Positions 32,750 to 42,645 of a stretch of DNA of 64,000 nucleotides are shown in pieces. The translations under genes and the position numbers were made by a program. Where the stretch lies: NCBI GenBank assembly GCA_963713045.1, contig CAVQKE010000006.1, forward strand, positions 64,001-128,000, read 5' to 3'. Source of the DNA: an uncultured delta proteobacterium. Its GTDB lineage: Bacteria; Myxococcota; Myxococcia; Myxococcales; Myxococcaceae. The stretch's first letter is position 1. Each line of letters opens with the position of its first letter. Below the pieces are notes generated by a model. That model was not told the origin of the DNA. It ran no database searches and saw only the letters and a program-made list of their open reading frames with translations.

Positions 32750-33844
32750 CTACCGAGTGGGGGCGTCGTGCAGAAGCCTCACCAAGTCGGGCTTCCAGAG
32801 GGCGGCCAATTCGAGCGTCCGGTGCCCCAGCGTCTGGGCACTGGCTGGCACCAGGACGAAGCGCGCCCCGGGCACCCGCTTCACCAGCGTCTCCACCAGC
32901 CCCAGCTCCGGCGGGTTGACGGCGTCATCGGCGAAATTGACGGCCAGCACCCGGGCAGAAATGCGGCTGAGGTCGGGCTCGGGGTCATAGTCCCAGGAAG
33001 ACTCCACCCAGTAGAGGAAGTCGTTCGCGTCGTAGGCCTTTCGCGCGTTCTCGACCTGGCGCTGGTAGAGGGCCGCGGCGGCGGCCCGGGTCGGCGCCTC
33101 TGTCTGCAGCCGCGCCGCGCTGTCCAACATCATCGGCCACAGCGGCGCGGTGTACACCCAATGGCCGGGCGGGCTGGTGTAGTCGCCGCCCTTCCAGTCC
33201 GGGTCATTGCGAATGGCTTCGGTGAGAATGCGCCGGAACAGCAAGTTTCGTCCTGAGATGGCGGTGGGCTGACAGGCAATGGGCATCACGGCGTCCATCG
33301 CACCCGGAAAGCGCTCGGCCCAAAGCCAGGCCTGCATCCCGCCCATGGAGGTGCCGAGGACGAGGCGCAGGTGGTCCACGCCGAGCGCCTTGGTCACCAG
33401 CCAGTGCTGCAGCGCCACCACGTCGGCGTAGCCGTACTTGGGGAAACGGGCGTGCAACCCGTCGCTCGGCTTGCTGGAGCCGCCTCGCCCCAGCCCGTCC
33501 GGCAGAATGATGTAGAAGCGGCCGGCGTCCAGCGGTTGGCCGGGCCCAAACAGTTCGCCACCGAGGCTTGGTTTGAGGAAGACGGCACCGACGCTGCTGG
33601 TGCCGTGCAGCAGAAGGACGGCGTTGGTGACGTGCCCCGTGGCGTCGCGACGGGGCGTCCCTAAGGTGGTGTAGTGCAAGCGGACGTTGCTCAGCGTCTC
33701 GCCGCTTTGAAAGCGAAACTCCGGGACAACGACGTCCGCGTCGTGTTGGCCTGGGTAACTGGGCGACTCCGCTTGGGCCGGCACAGCGGCGATGGATAGT
33801 CCCAGTCCGAGCGCCGCACGAAGACGCCGGGAGAGGGCCTTCAC
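32750..33844 (-). CDS. homoserine O-acetyltransferase-like alpha/beta hydrolase (possibly exported)
   Basis: FQSGETL..LHYTTLG, LLLHGT, GTSMGGM, DANDF, GH. Signal-peptide-like N-terminus. Confidence 0.85.
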   Translation of the reverse strand: MKALSRRLRAALGLGLSIAAVPAQAESPSYPGQHDADVVVPEFRFQSGETLSNVRLHYTTLGTPRRDATGHVTNAVLLLHGTSSVGAVFLKPSLGGELFGPGQPLDAGRFYIILPDGLGRGGSSKPSDGLHARFPKYGYADVVALQHWLVTKALGVDHLRLVLGTSMGGMQAWLWAERFPGAMDAVMPIACQPTAISGRNLLFRRILTEAIRNDPDWKGGDYTSPPGHWVYTAPLWPMMLDSAARLQTEAPTRAAAAALYQRQVENARKAYDANDFLYWVESSWDYDPEPDLSRISARVLAVNFADDAVNPPELGLVETLVKRVPGARFVLVPASAQTLGHRTLELAALWKPDLVRLLHDAPTR

Positions 33845-33869
33845 CTGCCGCGTCCCCCTTCGGAGCGCC

Positions 33870-34445
33870 TTAGCGCTCGGCCGTCTTGGTGCCCTCGGCT
33901 TTGTTGCCCGAGTCCAGCACGGCGAAGTTGAGGTTGCCGTAGCCCGCGTTTTGGCAGCTGAACATCACCCGCTTCAGCACCTTAAAGGGGATTTCCTTGT
34001 GCCCTTGGATGTTGACGTCGCCGGTGAAGGCCTGCCCGTCGGCCGCCGCAGCGTGCAGCTCCTCGGTCTGCTTCTTTTCTTCCCGCAACCGCTCCTCGAG
34101 AGCGGGGATGCTGAGGTAGTCCTCACGGGACAAGTCGCTGACCCGGGCCACCGCCACGCCATTCACGATGACATCGGTGGCCGAAATCATCACCACCGGC
34201 GCCAGCTCGAGTTCCTTGACGTGGCTGGCCGACGGGAGCTGGACGTCCTTCGTCATGTTGAGGATTTCGCCGGTCGCCGAGAAGTTGGCGATGAGGAACA
34301 GCACGATGATGACGAACATGTCGACCAGCGGCGTAATCAACAGGTCGGCGTTGGTGGACTTCCTCGCGCTCGAGTGGTGCCCGGAGAAGAAGTGCGACTT
34401 CGCCAGTCGCACGCCAAACCGTTTGCCTGGAACCTGGATGGACAT
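33870..34445 (-). CDS. aglS: ExbD/TolR-family gliding motor subunit AglS
   Basis: ITPLVDMFVIIVLFLI TM segment. Third gene of a TolQ-TolR-TolR operon, with a myxobacterial AglS-like N-terminus. Confidence 0.78.
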   Translation of the reverse strand: MSIQVPGKRFGVRLAKSHFFSGHHSSARKSTNADLLITPLVDMFVIIVLFLIANFSATGEILNMTKDVQLPSASHVKELELAPVVMISATDVIVNGVAVARVSDLSREDYLSIPALEERLREEKKQTEELHAAAADGQAFTGDVNIQGHKEIPFKVLKRVMFSCQNAGYGNLNFAVLDSGNKAEGTKTAER

Positions 34446-34463
34446 TGGCGCTCTAGCCCATCC

Positions 34464-34949
34464 TCACGTCGCCACCGGAGAGACACTGACCGCAGGCAGC
34501 CCGTCCCCGATGCATTCGTCGATGACGCGCACCAGGTCTTCGTAGCGCACGTCGTCCTCGGTTTGCACGGTGATGGCCGTTTGGTCGGGAATTTGCTCGC
34601 GAATTTTCTTCAAAAGTTCCTGCACCTTGGCCAGCTGAAGCTGGCCCTTGTCGTCGCGGGCATTGACGATGGCGTCGCCCAGTTGGGCGGTCCCGACCGA
34701 GATTTTGATTTCCTTCTCCGCCAACAACAGGGTGATTTGCGGCAGCTTGTCGTCCTTGTCCTGGTTGGGGTCGCTGTCGCCGCCAGAGCTGCTGACTTGA
34801 AGGCGCCCAATTTGGGTCCACACCGCCGTCATGATGAGAAAGCTGATGGTCACCGCCATCAGGTCGATGAAGGGAACCAAGTTGATGGTGGCATCGAGCG
34901 GCTTCTTCCCGCTCTTCCCCGGGGTCCCGAGGTCCATTCCTCCGGCCAT
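34464..34949 (-). CDS. aglQ: ExbD/TolR-family gliding motor subunit AglQ
   Basis: MAGGMDLG..INLVPFIDLMAVTISFLIMTAVW with the conserved proton-channel Asp. Confidence 0.8.
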   Translation of the reverse strand: MAGGMDLGTPGKSGKKPLDATINLVPFIDLMAVTISFLIMTAVWTQIGRLQVSSSGGDSDPNQDKDDKLPQITLLLAEKEIKISVGTAQLGDAIVNARDDKGQLQLAKVQELLKKIREQIPDQTAITVQTEDDVRYEDLVRVIDECIGDGLPAVSVSPVAT

Positions 34950-35031
34950 CGCTAGTTCCTCTCGCTCCTGTCAGCTGTCCCCCCGCGGGTCGGCGAATGC
35001 CGCCTTGGGGGGAGGATGGGGGGTGAAACCG

Positions 35032-35769
35032 TCAAGCGTCGTCGGCGCGACCGGCAGAGACGGTGGCGTTCTTGAATTTGTCCTTGTTGTTCACCACCAG
35101 ATTGAGCACCGACACCGAAGTCTCGTTGATGTCGTTGATGAGCGACTGGGTCCGCCCGTTGAGGATGGAGAACATCACCAAGGAAGGAATCGCCACCAGC
35201 AGTCCGAAGAAGGTGCAGTTCATCGCCTCCGAGATGCCGGTGGAGAGGATGGTCGCCTTGTCCGCGGCGTTGACGTGGGCCACCGCCTGGAAACAGGTGA
35301 TGAGTCCATTCACCGTGCCGAGCAACCCGGCCAACATCGCCGCATTGCCAAGCATGGCCAAATACCCGGTGCGCGCCTCGAGCTTCGGCGTCTCCCGCAG
35401 GGCCGCCTCATCCAGCGCCGCTTGCACTTCATGTTCTCCCTTGGGGACATTCATCAACCCGGACTTCACCACGTTGGTGAGGGGCGTATTCTTCTGCCCG
35501 GCCACGTAGTTGATGGCCTTGTCCAAGTCCCCGTTGTAAATGTACTTTTTGAGTCCGCGCAAAAACCCGTCCTTGCTGATGGACGCGGAGAAGTAGAGGA
35601 CGACAATCCGCTCGACGATGATGGCGAGCGCAACCACCGCGCAGAGCGCAATGGGGTACATCCCGCCTTTGCCGGCGCGAAAGCGCTGGGCCAATTCGTC
35701 GAAAGAGAAGCCCGAGCCGGCACCGTCGACGGCGAGCAGCATCAACCTGGTCAGCAACCCCGAAGTCAT
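35032..35769 (-). CDS. aglR: MotA/TolQ/ExbB gliding motor subunit AglR
   Basis: GLLGTV.GLI, GISEAMNCT..GL.VAIP. Followed by two ExbD genes with no TonB/TolA. Confidence 0.8.
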   Translation of the reverse strand: MTSGLLTRLMLLAVDGAGSGFSFDELAQRFRAGKGGMYPIALCAVVALAIIVERIVVLYFSASISKDGFLRGLKKYIYNGDLDKAINYVAGQKNTPLTNVVKSGLMNVPKGEHEVQAALDEAALRETPKLEARTGYLAMLGNAAMLAGLLGTVNGLITCFQAVAHVNAADKATILSTGISEAMNCTFFGLLVAIPSLVMFSILNGRTQSLINDINETSVSVLNLVVNNKDKFKNATVSAGRADDA

Positions 35770-35898
35770 CCCACTTCCTCCACCCATGCGTGAGTCCACC
35801 CGGCGTCGGCGCGGCCCCGTACCAACGCTCCAACCCCAGGGGCTGGCAGCGCACGGGGACGCCCATGTGCGGATGGGATGAAAGCCCTTTGCCCTGCC

Positions 35899-35927
35899 AT
35901 TCAAGGATGGGACCCGAGGTGTGTCAA
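35899..35927 (-). promoter_or_regulatory. putative sigma70 promoter of aglRQS
   Basis: Minus strand TTGACA-N17-TTGAAT. Confidence 0.55.
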
Positions 35928-36004
35928 GCTGGGGGGTAGGGAAGTGCGCGGAATCCCTATACAATTGGCACCATCATTCCGCTGGAAGTAAACAGACGGT
36001 GGCC

Positions 36005-36718
36005 ATGGCCCGGAGAAGACTCGGGGAAGTCCTATTGGAGCGCGGCGCCATCACCAAGGCGCAGCTCAACTCGACCTTGGCGTACGCCCGGCGCACCCGG
36101 CAGCGCCTGGGCGGCGCGCTGGTCCAGAAGGGACACCTCACCGAGGAAGAACTGCTGCAGGCGCTCTCGGAAAGTCTCGGCCTGGCCGCGGTCGACTTGG
36201 AGCACACCTTCGTCGACTGGAATGCGGTGAAGCTGCTCGGCCCGACGGTGTGCGAGGCCTATGGGCTGTTCCCCTACGCCATTGAGACGCTGCACGGACG
36301 AAAGCAGCTGCTGGTGGCGATGGTGGACCCCCTCAACCTCTCTGCCGTGGAGGAGGTGGAATTCACCGCTGGCCTTCCAGTCTCAGCCCGCCTGGCGCCC
36401 CAAGCGGCGGTGCACGGCGCCATTCTGCGGCACTACCACCAAATCGCCATCCCCAGCGACGCACCGGCCGAGGAGGAAGACGAAGTCATCGAAGGCGAGG
36501 AGATGGCGCCTCCCCCGGCCCCACCGCGAATTGCTCCCGTGGCGGCGCTTTCGGCGCACGGGCAAGTGCAGCGCTCGGACTACCCCCCGGACTTTCTGGA
36601 TGATGGACTGGCCGACGAAATTTGGCGTCGGCGCTTTTGGGCCCTGGTGCGGTTGCTGGTCAAAAAGGGCGTGGTCAGTCAGGCGGAAGTCAACGGGGCG
36701 CTGCGCGAGTTGGACTAA
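36005..36718 (+). CDS. stand-alone MshEN/T2SSE_N domain protein
   Basis: Tandem RLGEVLLERGAIT..L / RLGGALVQKGHLT..L..AL motifs and AMVDPLN. No ATPase domain. Confidence 0.85.
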   Translation: MARRRLGEVLLERGAITKAQLNSTLAYARRTRQRLGGALVQKGHLTEEELLQALSESLGLAAVDLEHTFVDWNAVKLLGPTVCEAYGLFPYAIETLHGRKQLLVAMVDPLNLSAVEEVEFTAGLPVSARLAPQAAVHGAILRHYHQIAIPSDAPAEEEDEVIEGEEMAPPPAPPRIAPVAALSAHGQVQRSDYPPDFLDDGLADEIWRRRFWALVRLLVKKGVVSQAEVNGALRELD

Positions 36719-38736
36719 AGGCCAGAGGGCGGCTTGGGCTTGGGCGCGCCGGCAGCTGGTAGCCCGGAGGTCGCCTCCTCCGTTTCGTCCGAGGTGCGCT
36801 CCAGGTCCAGAATCTGCGCGTCCCCGACGTAACTCTTCAATTCAAAGCGGGTGATTTTCCCAATCTTCTTGACAATCTCCTTCATCCGCTCGGCCTCGCG
36901 GAAGATGGTGTCCACCCGCTTGTAGGCATCGTCGTCCGTCCTCAGCTTCCGCTTGAGAAGCTCGGCGAAACCAAGCACCGAGGTGAGCGGCTGATTCAAC
37001 TCATGGGCGGTGGTTCCGGCCAATGCCATCAGCACCGCGTTGCGCTTTGACTCCTCCAGGCGCACCTCGGCGTCTGACAGTTTGCGCTCCAACTGCACGC
37101 GGTCTCGCAAGTCGGTGACGATGCCCACCGTCGCCACCTCGCGCTCGCCCTCGTAGAGGATGGAGGCGGTCATATTCACCGGCACCCGCTCGCCGGCCTT
37201 GGTGAGCACCTCCAGCCGGGTGGCGGACAGCCGCCCCCGGCCGCCGAATTCATCCGAGCGCAGCTGCTCCATCAGCATCTGCGCCACTCCTTCCGGGTAC
37301 AGCCTGCGAAACTCCAGTGAAGCGAGGGCCTCAGCTGCGCTGTAGCCGGTCAGCATCTCGGCGCCGGAGTTGAAGAGAATAATTCTGCCGTGGACGTCGG
37401 CGGCGATGATGGCGTCCACCGAGGAGTCAATCAGCTTCTCCAGAAATTCCTTGGTGTGCCGCAACTCATCGGCAATCCGCCGGGGCGCGGTGACGTCCCG
37501 GAAGCTGAGGATGCTTTTCGCCTCGCCTTCCTGGAGTCCCGCCCCGTTGAAGGACAGCGTCACCGTTCGCCCGGCTGCACTCTGCACGCTGAGGTCGACC
37601 GGCGGCCGGGACTCTCCAGCGGCCAGCGCCTCCAACAGCTCTCTCAGCCCGCCGTCGCCGGCCCCGCGGGTCAACGTCTGGATGGGGACGCCGTGGGCCT
37701 CCGCCGCGTCCACGTCCAACAGCGCCGCCCCCGCCGGGTTGAGCGACAGCACCCGGCCCTGGCCGTCGAGCACCGCAATGCCGTCGGAGACATGGGCGAA
37801 GTACGCCGCGAAGCGCTGCAGGGTGGCCGCCCGCCGCTCGGCCACCATGCGTGCGGCCTTCTCCCGCTCGGTTTGGCCGCGCTGCGTCTGCAGCAGCTTC
37901 GCGTTGCGCAGCGCCACCGCGGTGGCGTGAGCCACGGTGGCCAAAAACTCCACCTCCCCGGCGCTGAAGGGCGGCCGGCGCCCGGAGCCCCGCACCAGGA
38001 AGACGCCGGTGACCGTCCCGCCCACCACCAGCGGCAGCGCGGCGATGGCGTGGACACCGGCGGCGCTCACCTGGGGGTGCACGCCCTCGAGCAGCGGGTG
38101 GCTGGGCGCGTCGGCCACCGTCACTGGCGCTCCGGTGCGCAACACCTCGCGCACCTCGGGGTACAGCGACAATTCAATCCGCAAGTCCTTCAGCGCTGGG
38201 TCATCGCTGGCCGCCACCACCACGGCCTTCCCGCCGTCGACGACGATGAGGGATGCCCGGACAATGTCCAGCGCTTCCGCCAATTCCCGGGTGACGTCAT
38301 GCAACAGGGCGTCGACGTCCGCCGTTTCGGCGTAGCGGGCCGTCAATTCCAAGAGGAAGGCCAGGTTGCGCTGGCCCTCCGCCGAGCGCCGTTCGGCCGC
38401 GCGCCGGACATGGGCCTCGGCGAGGCGGCTGACGAGCTCCGTCTCCAGTCTTTCGAAGGCCAGTTGCGCGTCGGCGCCCGGCACGCTGCCGGTCGGCACC
38501 AGCGGCCCCGGCGGGAGCAGCGCCACCACCGGCAGGGCCTCTCCGCGAAACCCCTGCCGCAGCCGTCGCAGGACGTCGGCTCCGCCTTCGGCGCCGAGGT
38601 CGACCACCGCGGCGTCGGCACCGGCCAGCGAAGCGCCGGGGCGCAACACCAGGCCGCTGGCGGCCAGCGCCCGCGCCACCCCATCGCGCGCGCGGGACTC
38701 CTCGGGGAACAGCACCACGCCAGCCAGGCCTTCCAT
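36715..38736 (-). CDS. GAF-PAS-PAS-HisKA sensor protein lacking the HATPase domain
   Basis: GAF (FLATVAHATAVALRNA), two PAS domains, AHELNQPLT. The protein ends about 90 aa after the His. Confidence 0.85.
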   Translation of the reverse strand: MEGLAGVVLFPEESRARDGVARALAASGLVLRPGASLAGADAAVVDLGAEGGADVLRRLRQGFRGEALPVVALLPPGPLVPTGSVPGADAQLAFERLETELVSRLAEAHVRRAAERRSAEGQRNLAFLLELTARYAETADVDALLHDVTRELAEALDIVRASLIVVDGGKAVVVAASDDPALKDLRIELSLYPEVREVLRTGAPVTVADAPSHPLLEGVHPQVSAAGVHAIAALPLVVGGTVTGVFLVRGSGRRPPFSAGEVEFLATVAHATAVALRNAKLLQTQRGQTEREKAARMVAERRAATLQRFAAYFAHVSDGIAVLDGQGRVLSLNPAGAALLDVDAAEAHGVPIQTLTRGAGDGGLRELLEALAAGESRPPVDLSVQSAAGRTVTLSFNGAGLQEGEAKSILSFRDVTAPRRIADELRHTKEFLEKLIDSSVDAIIAADVHGRIILFNSGAEMLTGYSAAEALASLEFRRLYPEGVAQMLMEQLRSDEFGGRGRLSATRLEVLTKAGERVPVNMTASILYEGEREVATVGIVTDLRDRVQLERKLSDAEVRLEESKRNAVLMALAGTTAHELNQPLTSVLGFAELLKRKLRTDDDAYKRVDTIFREAERMKEIVKKIGKITRFELKSYVGDAQILDLERTSDETEEATSGLPAAGAPKPKPPSGL

Positions 38737-38923
38737 GTGCGGGCCGCACTCTAGCCGCTCGGGCCGGGAGGCTAGGGCGGGTTCTCGTGAAGCCAGAGGC
38801 GGTGTCCCCTATGTTCTCGAGGCAAGTCCTTGACGGTGGCGGCCCCAGGACCGACGAAGCGCGCCGCAACTTCGGCCCGGGACTGTAGCGCACCCCTGGG
38901 CGTCGACATGCTATTGGCCCGGG

Positions 38924-40693
38924 GTGGGGAAGCCCGTGCATCTGCACACCTTGGTGCCACTGCCTGCGGCGCTCGCGGATGCGGCGGTCGCCCTGGACAC
39001 GCTTCTGCCCAGCCTGGCACCGGACACCGCCCCGCTGGCCCGGCGCTTGGGCGAGCGGCTGCGGCGGGACCTGCTGCCGCGGCTGTCGGCCGAGGCGCCC
39101 CTGCTCCTGGCCGCCATTGCCGGTCCCAACAACGTCGGGAAGTCCACCCTCTTCAATGCGCTGGCCGAGGAGCGACTCTCCCCGGCGCACGCCGAAGGGG
39201 GCCTCACCAAACAGTGTCTAGCGGTCGCCCACCCGGACACCGCTTCCGGGGCTGGGTGGGACGCCCTGACGCGGCGCTACAGCGTCCGAAACGTCCCGGC
39301 CGGTGAAGCGGCGCCGGTGGACGTCCCCGGTCCGGTGGGACGGCTGTATCTCGCCCGGGCCCAACACCTGCCAGCCGGCCTGGTGCTGCTCGACACCCCG
39401 GACGTGGACAGCGTGGTGGCCGCCAACCGGGAACGCACCGAAGCGCTCCTCGTCACCGTCGACGTGCTGGTCTTCGTCGTCTCCCGCCACACCTACCAGA
39501 ATGCCGCGCTGGTGGCCTTCCTCAAGGAAGCCGTGGCCCAGGCTCGCCCCTGGCTGGTGCTGTACAACGAGGCCTCGGACGAGGCACTTGCCCGCGCCCA
39601 CCTTGAAAAACTCACCCGGGACGTGGGGCAGCCGCCACTGGCCCGCTTCTTCAGCCCCCACGACGCGGCGGTGGAGGCGGGCACCGCGCCGTTGCGTCCG
39701 CAGCCCTTGGACGGCGGCCCCTCGCTGGCCGCCCTGCTGGGGGACCCGGTGCTGGGTGCGCAGCTGCGCCGTCAGGCCCGGCGCGCCTCCCTGGCCACGG
39801 CGCAGGAGGAGCTTCGCCGGGTCCATGCCGCGGTGTTGGCCTCCGCGGCGGACCCAGCGCGGCTGGTGGGCCGCCTGCGCGACACCCTCTTCTCCGCCGG
39901 AGCGCAGGCCGCCCTCCACGCCGTGCCGGCGGACATTCTGGTGGAAGCCTTTCGCGAGGAACTTGACGCCCGAAGCCGCCTTCACCGCTGGGTGCGCACC
40001 CCCTTCCGCGGGCTGGCCACCGCCGTCAGCGCGCTGGGCAAACGCATGCGGCGCTCCTTCACCGGGGAAGCCCACCCGCCTGCAGTGGACCCCGCCCGCG
40101 AGGCCGACCGCGTGTTGAGAGAGGGCCTCGCCCGGCTCCTCGAATCCCTGGCACCGGAGCTGTCGGCGTGGACGGGGGACAGCACCACCCGCCGCCTGCT
40201 GGAAGCGGCGGTGGGCGAGGAGACGCTTTCTGCCCTGCGCGGGGCAGCGCCGCTGGTGGCAGCGGACACACCGGCGGACCGCGAGGCGCTGCACGCCTTC
40301 TGCCGTCAGCTGGTGCGCCAGGAGTTGCCTGGAGGCTTGGCCGAGGGCGCACTGCAGACGCTGGCCACGCTCGTCTACTCCGTGCCGGCTGGAGCTGCTG
40401 CGGTGGTGACGGTGGCCTTTGGCGGCTTGGGCCAGGACGCCGCGCTGTGGGCCGGGACATTACTCTCCACGCCTCTCATGGAACGCTTCGTCGACGCGCT
40501 GGGGACGGGCATCCGCCGCAACGTCTCGCTGGCCTGGGCCAAACAGCACGGCAAGACGCTGGCCCAAGCGATGGAGGCGCGCTTCTTCCTGCCCCTCCTC
40601 GGCCACTTGGACGCCCAGGTGGCCGAGGCGGCGGAAGTGGCCGACCGCTTGGAGCGGGCTGCCGAAGCCATTGCCAGGGAGGGCGACGGGTGA
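38924..40693 (+). CDS. dynamin-like/TRAFAC GTPase A
   Basis: GPNNVGKST, LLDTPDVDS, long helical region with a hydrophobic segment. Confidence 0.82.
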   Translation: MGKPVHLHTLVPLPAALADAAVALDTLLPSLAPDTAPLARRLGERLRRDLLPRLSAEAPLLLAAIAGPNNVGKSTLFNALAEERLSPAHAEGGLTKQCLAVAHPDTASGAGWDALTRRYSVRNVPAGEAAPVDVPGPVGRLYLARAQHLPAGLVLLDTPDVDSVVAANRERTEALLVTVDVLVFVVSRHTYQNAALVAFLKEAVAQARPWLVLYNEASDEALARAHLEKLTRDVGQPPLARFFSPHDAAVEAGTAPLRPQPLDGGPSLAALLGDPVLGAQLRRQARRASLATAQEELRRVHAAVLASAADPARLVGRLRDTLFSAGAQAALHAVPADILVEAFREELDARSRLHRWVRTPFRGLATAVSALGKRMRRSFTGEAHPPAVDPAREADRVLREGLARLLESLAPELSAWTGDSTTRRLLEAAVGEETLSALRGAAPLVAADTPADREALHAFCRQLVRQELPGGLAEGALQTLATLVYSVPAGAAAVVTVAFGGLGQDAALWAGTLLSTPLMERFVDALGTGIRRNVSLAWAKQHGKTLAQAMEARFFLPLLGHLDAQVAEAAEVADRLERAAEAIAREGDG

Positions 40694-42408
40694 GGCAGGG
40701 CGAGCTTCCAGCGCTTCTTGAGACGGCGCTGGCCCTGCCGGCGCTGGCGGCCCAGGGCCCGGCCCTGCGCCTTCTGGCGGCGGATGCGGCGCGGATGGGG
40801 GAACTCGGCTCCCGCCCGCTGCGGGTGGCCTTGGTGGGCAGCACCGGAGCCGGCAAGTCCACCGTCCTCAACGCGCTGGTGGGCGCCCCGCTGGCGCCCG
40901 AAGGCACCAGCCGGCCCACCAGCCTCGAAGCAGTGGCCTACGCCCCGGAAGGCGCGCCACTCGGAGGGCTGCAGCTGGCCGTCGGCCGCGTGGTGCGCTA
41001 CGCCCCGCGCGCTGATGGGCCGTGGACCGGGCAAGTCCTGGTGGACACGCCCGACTTGAATAGCGTCGCCCTGGAGAACCGGGACAGGGCGCTGGCAGTG
41101 CTGGCCGAGTGCGACGTGGCGGTGCTGGTGCTGCACCGAGGCTCCGTGGCCGAGGCCAGGCCCCTGGAGGCCCTGCGCCCCTTCGCCCGGCGCCGCGCCC
41201 TGGTGTTGGTGCTGAACCACGCCGATGAGTTGGGCGCCCAGGCGCGCGCCACCCTCAGCGCCCAGGCCGGCCGGCTGGCCGTGGCGGAACTGGGGGCCGC
41301 GGTCGCACCGGCCGTCTTCGTCCTCAGCGCTGCACGGGCCCGGGCCGGCGTGGTGAGCGAGGACTGGGCGCCCTTCGTCGCTTCGCTTCGGCACTTTTCC
41401 GAGGAGGCAGTGGCCACCCAGGTGCGCGGCCGCAACCGCGCTGGCGTGGAGAGGGAGTTGTCCCAGCGCGTCTCGGCCGCCCTGCAGACCACCCGGGCCC
41501 TGGAGGCTTCGGTGCACGCAGCGCTGGAGGAAGGGCTGGCCGGCGGGCGGCAGACACTGGTGGAGGACTTTCAAGCGCGGCTTCAAGCCGCTTCGGTGCA
41601 GCTGCGCGCGGCGGTGCGGGGCGCCGCTGCCGCCCGTCTGTCCGGACCGGCCGCCTGGGGTCTGCGCCTCTCCGCCTGGGGCGGCGGTGGGGTGACGGCC
41701 GGGGCCCTGCTGGCGCGGGCCAGCCTACCGGCCGGCCTGCTGGTGGCCGCCGGGGGCGCCCTTTTGGACGAAGTCCAGTCCGCCACCCGGACCCGCGCCA
41801 CGCGCGCGCGCATGTCGGGCGGGGAAGACCCCCTTCTGGAGGCGCAGGCGCGCGCTGCCCTCACCCCCGCCCGCACCGCGGCCCAACGGCGCGGCATTCA
41901 GCCCAGCGTGCTGGGACTGCCCGAGCCTGAGGCCTGGGCGGCGCAACTGCAGCGCGCCCGGGCCGCCGCCTGGCGGGACGTGGAGGGCTTGGGGGTGCAG
42001 GACGCGGTGGGGCGCTGGTGGCGCTGGGCGAGGCTGTTGCTGTTTCCCTTGGTGCAGCTGCCATTGTTGGTGCTTTTGGGGGACGTCGCCTACCGCACGG
42101 TGCGGGCCTACCTGTTTGGGCCGCTGTTGGACGGGCGCTTCTACCTGAATGCCGCGGCGCTGGGCCTGGTGTGGACCGCCGCCGGCACCCTGTTGGCGAG
42201 CCTCTCGCTGGGGGGCGTCGCGGCCAGGGTGCGGCGGGCCGGCGCGCGGCGCTTCGCCGAGGGGGTGGCGGCGGCCGAAACCGCGCTGCGGGCGGAAGTG
42301 AAGGGCGCGCTGGCCGTCCCTTTGGCCGCCGCCGAAGCGCTGCTGGCCGACGGCGCCCTGGACGCGGCGGTCAGCGGGGTGGCCGAAGGCGCAACAGCCG
42401 CGCAGTAA
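40690..42408 (+). CDS. dynamin-like/TRAFAC GTPase B with TM helices
   Basis: GSTGAGKST, RPTS, VDTPDLNS, LNHAD, C-terminal TM helices. GTGA overlap with GTPase A. Confidence 0.82.
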   Translation: MRQGELPALLETALALPALAAQGPALRLLAADAARMGELGSRPLRVALVGSTGAGKSTVLNALVGAPLAPEGTSRPTSLEAVAYAPEGAPLGGLQLAVGRVVRYAPRADGPWTGQVLVDTPDLNSVALENRDRALAVLAECDVAVLVLHRGSVAEARPLEALRPFARRRALVLVLNHADELGAQARATLSAQAGRLAVAELGAAVAPAVFVLSAARARAGVVSEDWAPFVASLRHFSEEAVATQVRGRNRAGVERELSQRVSAALQTTRALEASVHAALEEGLAGGRQTLVEDFQARLQAASVQLRAAVRGAAAARLSGPAAWGLRLSAWGGGGVTAGALLARASLPAGLLVAAGGALLDEVQSATRTRATRARMSGGEDPLLEAQARAALTPARTAAQRRGIQPSVLGLPEPEAWAAQLQRARAAAWRDVEGLGVQDAVGRWWRWARLLLFPLVQLPLLVLLGDVAYRTVRAYLFGPLLDGRFYLNAAALGLVWTAAGTLLASLSLGGVAARVRRAGARRFAEGVAAAETALRAEVKGALAVPLAAAEALLADGALDAAVSGVAEGATAAQ

Positions 42409-42640
42409 CCGCTTCGCTGCCTTGGTACAGCCGCTCGCCGTCCCACAGAGCCGGCGTCTGTTGCCCCCCGTGGTGGGCCAGCGCCCGCGCCGCCTCTGGG
42501 AAGATGACGTTGCGAAAATTCACCTGCGCTTTGAGGCCCTCCTCCATGACGAGTTGTCGCACCCGCGCCGACTCCAGTTCGGCCAGGCGGTGAAACAGTT
42601 CCAGCTCGCCGGCCGGACTGCCCTCTCGCGCTGCGGCCAT
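42371..42640 (-). CDS. glutaredoxin/GST-N-like small protein
   Basis: SARVRQ..GGQQTPALWDGERLYQG (cis-Pro motif). No CxxC. Confidence 0.65.
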   Translation of the reverse strand: MAAAREGSPAGELELFHRLAELESARVRQLVMEEGLKAQVNFRNVIFPEAARALAHHGGQQTPALWDGERLYQGSEAVTARLLRLRPPR

Positions 42641-42645
42641 CGGCC

